A stretch of DNA of 64,000 nucleotides from Candidatus Dojkabacteria bacterium (GCA_040767225.1 JAXGOY010000004.1:6180-70179), one strand, 5' to 3'. Shown: positions 31,118 through 41,565, numbered from the stretch's first letter. Numbers and translations: made by a program. The notes: a model not told the origin generated them from the letters alone.

Positions 31118-33100
31118 TACACAGAAACATCACAATTTAGGAAGTTCACACTCACGACAGCAAAGAGGTGGAATGGGTATGATGAGAAGAGGAGAGAAGG
31201 CAAAAGATTTTAAAGGTACAATTAAAAAACTTATAAAATATCTTTCTCCATATATAAAAGCTTTTGTTGCTGTTTTTATTCTTGCTATTGCAAGTACAAC
31301 ATTTTCTATTATTGGTCCTAAGATATTGGGAAATATAACAAACCAGATTGTTGATGATTATATCCATATTACTGTTTATGACGAGATTATGAAAAATCTC
31401 CCACAGGGTTATGTACTGCCTCAGGGAACTAAAGGTACTGATGTATTAAAGCAGCTTCCTCAAGATAAATTAAATAAAATACCTAAGGATGTATTAAGTA
31501 GAGTTGAGGGTATGGATCTTTCTGTTAAACCTTCAATGGATTTTGATTATATTGGGAGTAAAATAGTGCTTCTTGTTGGTATATATTTTGCTAGTGCAGT
31601 ATTTTCTTACATTGTTGAATGGATAATGTCAGGAATTACACAAAAGGTAACATATAAACTAAGGAAGGAAATATTTGTAAAGATATCAAAACTTCCTCTT
31701 AAATATTTTGATACAAATTCCTATGGAGATGTTTTAAGTAGAATGACAAATGATGTTGATACAATAAGTCAGACATTAAGCAGAGGGATCGTACAGGTAA
31801 TTACCTCTGTTACCATGATCATAGGTATTCTTATTATGATGTTTAGTATTAATTCTATTCTTACAGTTATAGCTCTTGTTATACTTCCGTAAGTGCACTA
31901 CTGGTCTCTTTAGTTGTAAAAAGATCCCAGAAGCTGTTTGTTGCTCAACAGGAGTATCTTGGAGAAATAAATGGTCATATTGAGGAGATGTATGGAGGCC
32001 ATGTTATTGTAAAAGCATTTAATGGTGAAGAGAGAGCAATTAAAAAATTTGAGACAATAAATGAAAAGCTTTATGAGAGTTTTGGAAGTCTCAATTTTTT
32101 GCTGGTTTACTTATGCCTATTATGAATGTAATCAGCAATGGCGGTTATGTAGCTATAGCTGTACTTGGAGGAAAATTTGCAATAGAGGGAAAGATAAATA
32201 TTGGGGATATACAAGCCTTTATGCAGTATATGAATCAATTTACTCAGCCAATAACTCAGACTGCCAATATCAAACATTTTTAATCTATGGCAGCATCTGC
32301 AGAAAGAGTCTTTGAATTTTTAAATGAAGATGAAGAGAAAGAGAGAGTAAGAGAGTTTAAGGAGATAAAAGAAGTAAAAGGGAATATTAAGTTTGAGAAT
32401 ATTAAATTTGGATATAATCCAGATAGAATTATTATTAAAGGTTTTAGTGCAGATATTTCTGCAGGACAAAAAGTAGCAATAGTGGACCTACTGGTGCAGG
32501 GAAACTACAATGGTAAATCTTCTTATGCGATTTTATGATATTGATAGTGGAAGTATTAAGATTGATGGTATAGATATAAAGGATATAAGAAGAGATAATG
32601 TTAGAAAGCTTTTTGGAATGGTATTGCAGGATACATGGCTTTTTAATGGTACTATTAAAGAAAATATTGCATATGCAAAACCTGATGCAACGGAGGATGA
32701 GATTATTGAGGCAGCAAAAAGTGCATATGCTGACCACTTCATACGTACTCTTCCTGAAGGATATGATACTGTAATAAATGAAGAGGCAGATAATATATCT
32801 CAGGGAGAAAAGCAGCTTCTTACAATTGCAAGAGCAATGCTTGCTAATCCTCCAATGCTTATTTTAGATGAAGCAACTAGCTCTGTAGATACAAGAACTG
32901 AACTTTTAATTCAAAAAGCTATGGATAAGCTTACAGAAGGGAGAACTACATTTGTAATAGCTCACAGACTTTCAACTATTAAGAATGCTGACTTAATTCT
33001 AGTTATGAATTATGGAAACATTGTAGAAAAAGGGAACACCAGCAGCTTCTTGAGAAGAATGGATTCATGCTTCCGTTGTATAATAGTCAGTTTCAATTGA
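31110..33100 (+). CDS. ABC exporter, fused TMD-NBD (heterodimer subunit B), split by several frameshifts
   Basis: Colinear fragments [47 protein letters not shown] across ORFs 30978, 32287 and 32510. Confidence 0.85.
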
Positions 33101-33136
33101 CTAATGGACAGGAGTAATATATAGAAGGAAATATAA

Positions 33137-34843
33137 ATGGAAAAAGAGAACAGCAAGAAACAAAAAGAAGATTCTATACAGAGTTTTGTTTCTAAAAAAT
33201 CAGTAATGTTAAAAAAGATGCTAAATTAAGAAAAGAAGTACTTCATGCTGCACAAAGATATGCAGAGGAACTTAAGAGTTTAGATAACAAAGAGACGAAA
33301 ATACATATAAATGAAGTTACTTCACAGGTAGCAAAGTTTTATGAGAAAGTTAGAAAAGTAATTGATTGGAAAGATGATAATGCTCTAAGGAGAGGTGCAA
33401 TTGAAAGGATTTTAAAAAGGAAGCTATTCCCTAAACTCGTATCAGGTTCTTTTAAAAAAGAAGATTCTTTTAAACTTGCACAAACAATTACACAGGAGCT
33501 TATTCGTGGAGGACATTTACCAAACCATGAAGTTCCATAAATCAAGAATAGATGATGTATCTAAGGCATTAACGAAGTATTTAATCATGCTTCAAAGAGT
33601 AATTACATCATCAGAGATTAAAAGTGTAAAGAAAGGAAATAATGCAACAACATTTATTATGGAGTTAGCTACATGTGAAATAGAGGAGATTTTAGCAAGA
33701 CCTGTTAAAGAGTATGAAATAATAAATGCGATGGCTACTATCATGAACGATAGAATTAAGATTATTCCTCAAGATAAACTTACTGATGATGTTAAATTGG
33801 ATTTAATTAAAGTATCTGTCCAAAGAACACTATATCACTTAGATAACGATTATATTATCTACACCTATCTTAGAAGAAAGTATCCGGATTGGGATAATTT
33901 GTCTGATGAGCAGTATACATGGTTTGCAGATAATATACTTTCTATTAAGGATATAAGTGAGAGATATATAAATAGCAAAATTGCGAGGAGATTTGATGAA
34001 GTTACTGAACAGTATAGCACTGTGTTTATGCTCTTTGACGATGTCCTGGAGAGTTTGAAAAATAATCCTGACAATATAGTAGATACTGTGAAAAGTGGGG
34101 ATCATCTTCTTCCATTAATAAGAGAGTGTTACTTAAAAAGGATAAGTACACTTAAAACAAGATTAAAAAACTCTGCAATATTCTCAACTCTTTCTGTAAT
34201 TCTTACTAATTTTGTAACATTCTTCTTAATTGAGGTACCACTAGCAAAATTGTTTTATGAAGGATTTAATACAGTTGCTACAATTGTGGATTTTCTGCTT
34301 CCTGCCTTAGTTATGTTTCTTCTTATTGCTTTTATTAAACCACCACCTGAGGATAATTTAGATAAGGTTTTTTCTGCTTGTGCAGATTTATTATTTGAAG
34401 ATACTGAATATGAACATATTGAACTTAAAGTATCTGAAAGCGGGTCTAAATTAAGTAAACTTTTGTTTAATATCTCATATATACTCTTAACCATATTGTT
34501 ATTTGTATCTATTGGTTATCTTTTTTACATTGCTCAATTACCAATGACTTCTGTTGTGTATGATACATTTACAATTGCTCTAACTTTTTATGCTGCACTT
34601 GGTGTAAGGAAGAAATCTAAAGAGTTGTATATAGGGGAGAGTACAACATTTAAGGATTTAATATTTGATGCATTTACTGTTCCTGTTGCTAGGGTTGGAG
34701 AGTATCTTTCTTCTAAATGGAGAGAGTATAATGTAGCAGCTACATTTACAAACTATTTAGTGGAGATCCCTTTTGCAGCTCTTCTTGATTTTATAGATTT
34801 ATGGAGTAATTTTCTTAAAGAAAGAAGATCTGAAATCTCTTAA
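33137..34843 (+). CDS. Conserved hypothetical protein with C-terminal TM segments, 5' part frameshifted
   Basis: Protein-like frame (IHINEVTSQVAKFYEKVRKVIDWKDDNALRRGAIERILKR) upstream of the 33476 ORF. Confidence 0.65.
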
Positions 34844-34906
34844 ATTGACGGCTAGTAATTGATAGAGGTATATTTAAAGAGATTTAATTTATTTTAAGAA
34901 AGAGAT

Positions 34907-37324
34907 ATGTCTCAGGAATCAGTGGATATATCAACATATTTTTCACAAAGAGCAAAGGATATTATACAAATGGCAGCTGAGAAAGCTGTTGATAGTGGGA
35001 GTAGGAATATTGATACCGAGCATCTATTGTGGGCAGCAGTAAATTATGATGATGTTGTTGTAAGAGTACTTAAAGAGTTGAAAGTAGATAATGAACTACT
35101 GCAAGATCAGTTAAATGAGGTGATTGGAAGTGATGAAGGTATTACACATGGTACTCCAGGGCTTACCCCAAGGGCAAAGGAGGTATTACAACTTGCATTT
35201 TATGAATCTCAAGAGTTAGGTCATCACTATATTGGAGGGGAGCATATTCTTCTTGGTCTTATCGAAGAAGGTGAAGGTATAGCTGCACAGATATTTGAAA
35301 AGTATGGGATATCTCTTACACAGGCAAGACAGGCAGTAATAAAAGTTGTGGGAGAAGGAGATGAAAGTGGTGAAAAGGTTGAGGAATCCTCTATTACCCC
35401 TACACTTGATAAATATTCAAGGGATTTAACTAAGTTAGCGAAGGAAGGGAAAATAGATCCTGTAATTGGAAGAAGTGATGAGATAACTAGAGTAATACAA
35501 ATACTTTGTAGAAGAAAAAAGAATAATCCTGTTTTAATAGGAGAGCCAGGAGTAGGTAAAACTGCAATTGCAGAAGGACTTGCATATCGTATTGCAACAG
35601 GAAATGTCCCTGAGGTACTTCTTCATAAAACAGTAAAGGAGCTTGATGTTGCAGCACTCATAGCAGGAGCAAGCCACAGAGGAGAGTATGAAGAGAGAAT
35701 ACAAAAAGTACTTAAGGAGCTAGAGAAATCAGGAAGAGATACAATTCTTTTTATAGATGAACTTCATACAATTGTAGGAAGTGGTGCTCCTGAAGGACAA
35801 ATGGATTTATCTAATATGCTTAAACCCGCACTTGCAAGAGGAGATATACAAATCATTGGAGCAACTACACTAAGTGAGTATAAAAAGTATATTGAGAAAG
35901 ATGCAGCACTTGAAAGAAGATTCCAAATAGTACTTGTAGGAGAACCTACTGTAGATCAAACAATTGAAATACTTAGAGGTTTAAGAGATAGATATGAGGC
36001 TCACCATAGAGTAAAGATTTCTGATGAGGCAATAACTGCTGCTGCTGTACTATCAGAAAAGTATATACAAGACAGATTTTTACCAGATAAAGCAATTGAT
36101 TTAATTGATGAAGCTGCAAGTAAGGTTAAGCTGGAAGTATCTTCTGAGCCTGAAGAGTTAAGAGAGTTAAAAAGAAAGATTGAGAGTATGGAGAAAGAGA
36201 GAGAAGCTCTCACAAGGAGTGGTAATTATGAGAAAGCAGCTGAGATAAAAGTGGAGATTGAGAAACTTAAAACTAAGCTTGAACCACTTGTTGAGAAATG
36301 GAATAAGGTAAAAGGAACTGGTACACCAGTTGTTAAGACAGAAGATGTAGCAGAGGTTCTTTCAAGAGCAACAGGTATTCCTGTAACAGAGCTGTGTGAG
36401 GAAGAAAAGGATAGACTTCTTAAGCTTGAAGAAACACTACATCAAAGAGTTGTAGGTCAAGATGAAGCTGTAAAAGCAGTTTCAGAGGCAGTAAGAAGGT
36501 CTAGAGTAGGGCTTAAAGATCCACGAAAGCCTATTGCTTCCTTTCTTTTTATGGGACCTACTGGTGTGGGAAAAACATTGCTTGCAAAAGCATTGGCTAA
36601 GCAGATATTTGGTGATGAAGATGCAATTATTCGTATAGATATGAGTGAATACATGGAGAAATTCTCTGTATCCAGACTTATTGGCTCTCCTCCAGGATAT
36701 GTTGGTTATGAAGAGGGAGGACAGTTAACAGAGGCTGTCAGAAGAAAACCATATTGCGTTATTCTTCTCGATGAAATAGAGAAGGCACATAGTGATGTAT
36801 TTGATATTCTTCTTCAAGTTCTTGATGACGGTAGACTTACTGATGCACAAGGAAGAACAGTTAGTTTTAAAAATACCATTATTATTGCAACAAGTAATAT
36901 TGGTGCAAACAAAATACAAGAGTTTGTAAAAAAGGGAGAAAAGGATTGGAACAAGTTAAAAGAAGAGTTAATGGCAGATCTTAAATCATATTTTAAGCCT
37001 GAATTTCTTAATAGGCTTGATGACATCATTGTTTTTAAGAGTTTAGATAAGAAACAGATTAAAGAAATTGCAAGAATACTTTTAGAAGATGTTAAGGGTC
37101 TAGTAAAAGCTCAAGGTATGGAGATTGAATTTGATGATAGTGTAATTGAGCTTGTTGCTAGTATTGGTTATGATCCTGAATTTGGTGCAAGACCTATGGA
37201 AAGAGTAATTCAAAATGTAGTAGAGAATCCTTTAGCAGATGCATTGCTAGAAGGGAAATTTAATAAAGGAGATACTATTTTTGCAACAGTAAAGGACGGT
37301 AAGATAGTTTTTGAGAAAAAATAA
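34907..37324 (+). CDS. Clp/Hsp100 ATPase (ClpC/ClpG-like)
   Basis: Clp_N repeats, GEPGVGKT and GPTGVGKT Walker A motifs, short UVR-like M domain, [13 protein letters not shown]. Confidence 0.95.
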   Translation: MSQESVDISTYFSQRAKDIIQMAAEKAVDSGSRNIDTEHLLWAAVNYDDVVVRVLKELKVDNELLQDQLNEVIGSDEGITHGTPGLTPRAKEVLQLAFYESQELGHHYIGGEHILLGLIEEGEGIAAQIFEKYGISLTQARQAVIKVVGEGDESGEKVEESSITPTLDKYSRDLTKLAKEGKIDPVIGRSDEITRVIQILCRRKKNNPVLIGEPGVGKTAIAEGLAYRIATGNVPEVLLHKTVKELDVAALIAGASHRGEYEERIQKVLKELEKSGRDTILFIDELHTIVGSGAPEGQMDLSNMLKPALARGDIQIIGATTLSEYKKYIEKDAALERRFQIVLVGEPTVDQTIEILRGLRDRYEAHHRVKISDEAITAAAVLSEKYIQDRFLPDKAIDLIDEAASKVKLEVSSEPEELRELKRKIESMEKEREALTRSGNYEKAAEIKVEIEKLKTKLEPLVEKWNKVKGTGTPVVKTEDVAEVLSRATGIPVTELCEEEKDRLLKLEETLHQRVVGQDEAVKAVSEAVRRSRVGLKDPRKPIASFLFMGPTGVGKTLLAKALAKQIFGDEDAIIRIDMSEYMEKFSVSRLIGSPPGYVGYEEGGQLTEAVRRKPYCVILLDEIEKAHSDVFDILLQVLDDGRLTDAQGRTVSFKNTIIIATSNIGANKIQEFVKKGEKDWNKLKEELMADLKSYFKPEFLNRLDDIIVFKSLDKKQIKEIARILLEDVKGLVKAQGMEIEFDDSVIELVASIGYDPEFGARPMERVIQNVVENPLADALLEGKFNKGDTIFATVKDGKIVFEKK

Positions 37325-37336
37325 GTTATATACCTC

Positions 37337-37370
37337 TTGACAATTAGCACTCAATATGCTACATTGCTAA
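37337..37370 (+). promoter_or_regulatory. Sigma70 promoter overlapped by a CIRCE (HrcA operator)
   Basis: TTGACA 37337-42, 17 bp, extended -10 TG-C-TACATT; TTAGCACTC-N9-CATTGCTAA 37344-70 has 2 mismatches to the CIRCE consensus; lies upstream of hsp20. Confidence 0.85.
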
Positions 37371-37372
37371 TA

Positions 37373-37662
37373 GGACAATGACTAAGGAGTCTGTTTGAGA
37401 TTTCTTGGTTATTTCCAAGTAATTTCTACAGATTTTCCTTTGTCTTGTTCACCTTTATATACTATTTAACTTGTAAAAGTTGGTAGTATATGAAGAGGAC
37501 AATCTTCTTTTAGTGGCTTCATCTAATGCCACAAGCAATTTTAACAATTTAAAATTTGCGTTTACCTGATGCAGGTCAGGTAATACTGAATATCAATTCA
37601 GTATTGTGGTTGTAAGTCACTAAGAAAGCCATGTCTCCTCGGCTTTTAAAAGATAGAGGAGA
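37373..37662 (+). ncRNA. Putative structured RNA or long structured 5' leader of hsp20
   Basis: Near-continuous helices with G-U pairs: two long hairpins, a multi-way junction and a final hairpin; begins at the predicted TSS. Confidence 0.6.
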
Positions 37663-37687
37663 GTTTGTATTTAAATTGTTATTTAGT

Positions 37688-38158
37688 ATGCCTATGGAAA
37701 CTAAAAGAAGAAAAAATACAAACAAAGAATTAGCTACAACATCTTACTCTCCTGTAAGGAATATAATTGATGATTTCTTTACACTTCCTTCTGTATTTGA
37801 TTCATTAGTAAATAGATCAATTATGCCAAGCTACAATACATTAATGGCAGATGTATGGGAGGAAGGAGATAATTACTTTGTAAAAATGGCTATGCCTGGT
37901 ATATCTAAGAAGGATATTACAATTGAGCTGGATGGAGATACAGTAAGAATTAGAGGAGAGAAGAAAGAAGAAGAAAAAGAAGAGGGAAAGAAAAAGTATT
38001 ACTTCAGAAGTCTTGAGAGCCAGTTTGAACAGGTATTTAATCTGCCAACTGTAATTGATGCTGATAAAGCAGAGGCTTCTGTAAAGGATGGTGTTTTACT
38101 TATTAAACTTCCTAAGGCAAAAGAGTATATGCCTAAGAAGGTAGAGATAAAGGAGTAA
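37688..38158 (+). CDS. Small heat-shock protein (Hsp20/alpha-crystallin)
   Basis: ADVWEEGDNYFVKMAMPGISKKDI, FNLP, ASVKDGVLLIKLPK; start 37688 or 37694 preferred over 37631. Confidence 0.95.
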   Translation: MPMETKRRKNTNKELATTSYSPVRNIIDDFFTLPSVFDSLVNRSIMPSYNTLMADVWEEGDNYFVKMAMPGISKKDITIELDGDTVRIRGEKKEEEKEEGKKKYYFRSLESQFEQVFNLPTVIDADKAEASVKDGVLLIKLPKAKEYMPKKVEIKE

Positions 38159-38165
38159 GTTGTAC

Positions 38166-38192
38166 AGGGAGAGGGCTTAGCTCTCTCCCTTC
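38166..38192 (+). terminator. Terminator-like hairpin after hsp20
   Basis: AGGGAGAGGGC-tta-GCTCTCTCCCT. Confidence 0.7.
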
Positions 38193-38264
38193 TATATACT
38201 CTTAAGATTTTACAATGCTCTTTTTTTTGTATACTATATAGTATTAATATCTAAATGCATAAAA

Positions 38265-38762
38265 ATGAGTAAAAATATAAAGAGAATTCTTGGTACTGTT
38301 TCTATCTTTGTTTTATTCTTTTCTTTAGTTTCTGCAGGTAGAATATATGCTCAAACAGAAGAGTTAACAAACGAAGAAGAGTTTAACCTTGATTATGAGT
38401 ATGATCAGCCTGTTTTATATGATTATCAAGATGAGAAAGTAGTAGATACTGGCAGGAGATGTGAATGTAGATATGATAATTTAAGTGGTTCTGTTATTAC
38501 TGTTATTTTCTTTTTGTTCTTTTTTATTTTTGCTATTGTTATAGCTTCTCTTGTATTTAATATTGTTATGATAGTTGATTGTATAAATAGAGATGAGAAG
38601 GATTTTAAGGATAGGACTATATGGCTTGTTGTATTAATAGTAGGTGGTTTTACAGGTTTTGGGTTAATAGTTTCTTTAGTATATTTCTTTGCTGTTAAGA
38701 AGAAATTAGATGAGAAGGGGAAATCAGAGAAAAAAGATGTTGAGAATTCTCAAAAGAGATAA
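38265..38762 (+). CDS. Membrane protein with PLDc_N-like C-terminal hairpin (paralog of 62062-62637)
   Basis: Signal peptide, acidic linker, MIVDCINR..FKDRTIW...YFFAVKKK. Confidence 0.7.
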   Translation: MSKNIKRILGTVSIFVLFFSLVSAGRIYAQTEELTNEEEFNLDYEYDQPVLYDYQDEKVVDTGRRCECRYDNLSGSVITVIFFLFFFIFAIVIASLVFNIVMIVDCINRDEKDFKDRTIWLVVLIVGGFTGFGLIVSLVYFFAVKKKLDEKGKSEKKDVENSQKR

Positions 38763-38795
38763 TTTTATTTATTTTTAATTTACACTGAAAATAGT

Positions 38796-39639
38796 ATGAA
38801 GAAGTTAAATAGTTTAAAGTTATATTATTATTAATAATAGCAGTACTTTCTATTGGTATATTTGTAGTAGGAGATACTTTAGCAGAACAGAGTAGTGGTA
38901 CTCCTGATTCTGGGAAAATTCTATATTAAAAGAAACATATGATAATTTAAATGATTTAGGGTATGGTAGTGAGGAGGGTAGTTATGGCGGTATGTGGAAT
39001 AGGATAATATCTTCTGCTAATTGGGTGCCTAATGGTACAGTTTCAGAGGATACTGTAGTATCTGGTTATACCTTTTATGATGAGAGTCGTACAGAGAAGA
39101 CTGGTACCTTAGATTTTCCAAATTATGAGGCACAATCCCTGCAAGCTAAAGACTTTAGGGATCAAAATGGCTCTGATTCTTGGTCTTCTTGGAAAAAGGC
39201 AAATACAAATCCAGAGGTTTGGTACGATAGTAGGACTGGTTTATATTGGAGTGCAAGTCAAAGTTCTCAGACAAATCAGTTTACAATTTCAACATGTGAT
39301 TTCTTTACTACTACATCTAGGGGTGATTATGATGGCTCTGATCCTGATTGTGGTAATGCTATTAACACCTGTGGGACTCTCGTATTAGATGCTGATGGAG
39401 ATGGTACTGCAGATACTTCTTGGTATCTTCCGACCCAGGCAGAATTGATGCAGGCCTATCTAAATGGTATATATCTTGGTACTAGTACTGCATGGGTTAC
39501 AGGGAACAATTTTTGGTCGAGTACTGAGAATCAGGTTAATACTAGTTACGCTTGGTATACAGGTCTGTACCGTGGGTATACGTACCCTACTAATAAGACT
39601 ACTAGTTATTCAGTACGTTGTGTCCTTAGGGATTTATAA
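38796..39639 (+). CDS. DGR target protein (N-terminal anchor, C-terminal CLec-fold/DUF1566-like domain); true start probably 38796 with two apparent indels
   Basis: WYDSRTGLYW, WYLPTQAEL, FWSSTE, SVRCV motifs; 3' end is the VR; upstream frames encode a hydrophobic leader. Confidence 0.88.
39506..39632 (+). repeat. DGR variable repeat (VR)
   Basis: 127-bp ungapped match to 39906-40032; 15 differences at TR adenines and one C/T near the 3' end. Confidence 0.96.
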
Positions 39640-39644
39640 TATGA

Positions 39645-39673
39645 ATGGATACTGGCGTAAGTCCAGTAGCCAT
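39645..39673 (+). promoter_or_regulatory. Post-VR hairpin/cruciform (DGR homing element)
   Basis: ATGGATACTGG-cgtaagt-CCAGTAGCCAT (10 of 11 paired) just after the target stop; no equivalent after TR. Confidence 0.75.
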
Positions 39674-39905
39674 ACCAAATTATTTTTAATTTAAAATTTG
39701 AGCTTGCAATCTGTACAGGAATATGAAAGTATGTATCCATGCAAGATCTTACACTCTCAACCTCGGCATAGGCAATGGCTTGTAAGGGAGGCATAAATAT
39801 ATAATCCTACCTGTTATACCCAAGTGGTATAGAGATACAAAAGATCTTTTACACTAAATATGTCTAGTATCAGGTCTTTGGTGGAGTTAAAAAATTAGCA
39901 GGTTT

Positions 39906-40032
39906 ACAATTTTTGGTCGAGTACTGAGAATCAGAATAATAATAGTAACGCTTGGTATACAAATCTGAACAATGGAAATACGAACAATAATAATAAGACT
40001 ACTAGTTATTCAGTACGTTGCGTCCTTAGGGA
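39906..40032 (+). repeat. DGR template repeat (TR)
   Basis: Non-coding copy with 14 AAY codons in the VR frame. Confidence 0.96.
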
Positions 40033-40041
40033 GTATATAAT

Positions 40042-40398
40042 ATGCCTCAAGCAGATTTAGACAAACCAATATATCTAGCTTTATACAAACTCATTCTTTA
40101 TCTTTATACATGTATTAGAAATTTTCCTAAAGAGTACAAATACACTCTTGGTCAAGACATACTTTCTCTTGCTTGGAAAACCTTAGATTGGGTAATACTC
40201 GCTAATACGGTAGAGAATAGAGAAAAGAAGAAATATATTGCAAAAGCAGTTTCAACCTTTAATAGTTTAAAATACAGATTTCGAGTTGCTAGTGATACCA
40301 AAATTTTAAGCCACCAGAAATATGCCTATATCATTAAACAGTCCGTTGAAATAGAGAAAATGTTAAAAGGATGGTTTTCTTGGTCTAAAAGATTCTAA
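40042..40398 (+). CDS. avd: DGR accessory variability determinant (Avd, four-helix bundle)
   Basis: 118 aa, basic, FPKEYKYTLG motif, EIEKMLKGW C-terminus; directly after TR. Confidence 0.9.
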   Translation: MPQADLDKPIYLALYKLILYLYTCIRNFPKEYKYTLGQDILSLAWKTLDWVILANTVENREKKKYIAKAVSTFNSLKYRFRVASDTKILSHQKYAYIIKQSVEIEKMLKGWFSWSKRF

Positions 40399-41565
40399 AT
40401 TACCCTGTACTTCTATATACTCATTTAATTCCCCAAAATGATTGAAGTAAAGGTCTTGCCTTAGGTTATATGAATTACTCCATTTTAGATGTCCAAATGT
40501 AGAATTTATACTATTACAAATTGTTGTGATTTCTTCTTCAGTTGGAGGTGAGTGTATTTCAACTGCCTCCTCTTTACACATAGATCTATCTATTAGAAAT
40601 CCTTTGTTAAAATAGTGTAGTTTTCTTTTTAGATTATGGACTGTACGGTTTCGAGCTAGTATATAGTTTGGTCTGACTATATAGCCAATAAAATCTATGC
40701 CTTGATATACACTCCCATAGGTGGTCTTTTCTGACTTTATTTTAAGTAACAACTCTTTTTCAAGGAATTCTGTAACAGCTTTTTCAATTTCTTCTAATTC
40801 TTTTATATCTTTTGAGAGAAACAGTAGGTCATCTGCATATCTTAGATAGTATTTAATTTTTAATTCTCTTTTGACAAATTGATCTAACTCGTTTAGGTAT
40901 AAATTAGCAAAAAATTGTGATGTTAAGTTCCCAATTGGTAGTCCTTTATTTTCATCTGTGGTAAAAAGACTCTTGTTGGGAGGGAGCTTCTGTATTAGCT
41001 GTAAATCTCCTTTAGGTATATATTTTGTACAAGGATTATGAAGAATTATCTGCTTTGAGAGTTTTAATAATTCCCTTTTCTGTTCTTGGTCATATGGAAG
41101 TTTGTATATGCTGTCAGATAGGATGTCCAGTAATTTTGATTTGTCTATACTGTAGAAGAAACTACTTATATCTAATTTTAGGTAGTAAGAATTAGATTTT
41201 TTATTGTTTGTAACTTTATTTAGAAAGTATTGCAATCGTTTGACTCCACATATGACTCCATGCTCTTTTCTACAGGCAAATGAGTCGTAGATAAAGGTTT
41301 TATCGATTGGGGGTTCGATATAGCTAATTAAGAGATGATGTACAACTCTATCTATGAAGTTAGCAGCAAAGATTTCTCTAGTGGAGGGGTATGTTATGAT
41401 AAAGCATATGGAGTTACCAATCGTATAGGAATTATTCTTAAGTTCTTTTTGTAAACTTACCAAGTTATATTCAAGATGATTTTCAAATAGAAGTTGGTAT
41501 GTGCTATTCCTTTTTCCTTTTCTACATGAGTAGTATGCAGAGATAATGGATTCTAAATCAAACAT
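40363..41565 (-). CDS. DGR reverse transcriptase
   Basis: REIFAANFIDRVVHH, DSFACR, LKLDISSFF, GLPIGNLTSQFFANLYL, RYADD, GIDFIGY. Confidence 0.96.
   Translation of the reverse strand: MFDLESIISAYYSCRKGKRNSTYQLLFENHLEYNLVSLQKELKNNSYTIGNSICFIITYPSTREIFAANFIDRVVHHLLISYIEPPIDKTFIYDSFACRKEHGVICGVKRLQYFLNKVTNNKKSNSYYLKLDISSFFYSIDKSKLLDILSDSIYKLPYDQEQKRELLKLSKQIILHNPCTKYIPKGDLQLIQKLPPNKSLFTTDENKGLPIGNLTSQFFANLYLNELDQFVKRELKIKYYLRYADDLLFLSKDIKELEEIEKAVTEFLEKELLLKIKSEKTTYGSVYQGIDFIGYIVRPNYILARNRTVHNLKRKLHYFNKGFLIDRSMCKEEAVEIHSPPTEEEITTICNSINSTFGHLKWSNSYNLRQDLYFNHFGELNEYIEVQGNLESFRPRKPSF

Larger units (their letters stand above)
38796..41565. mobile_element. Diversity-generating retroelement (target/VR - hairpin - TR - avd, convergent RT)
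   Basis: All canonical parts present; adenine-specific TR/VR divergence. Confidence 0.95.

Noticed and set aside
37373-37662. RNase P RNA, tmRNA, SRP RNA or tRNA cluster
   Set aside because: I found no GAGGAAAGTCC-type P4 motif, no GGGG...CCA tRNA-like ends, no clear SRP domain IV loop and no T-loops. An Rfam search is still needed.
37631-37687. ORF-track N-terminal extension of Hsp20 from ATG 37631
   Set aside because: It lies inside the structured leader; ATG 37688 or 37694 gives a typical sHsp length.
40363-41565. Group II intron, retron or CRISPR-associated RT
   Set aside because: The GNLTSQ motif, adjacent avd and the TR/VR pair indicate DGR; no maturase extension, intron domain V or cas1 seen.
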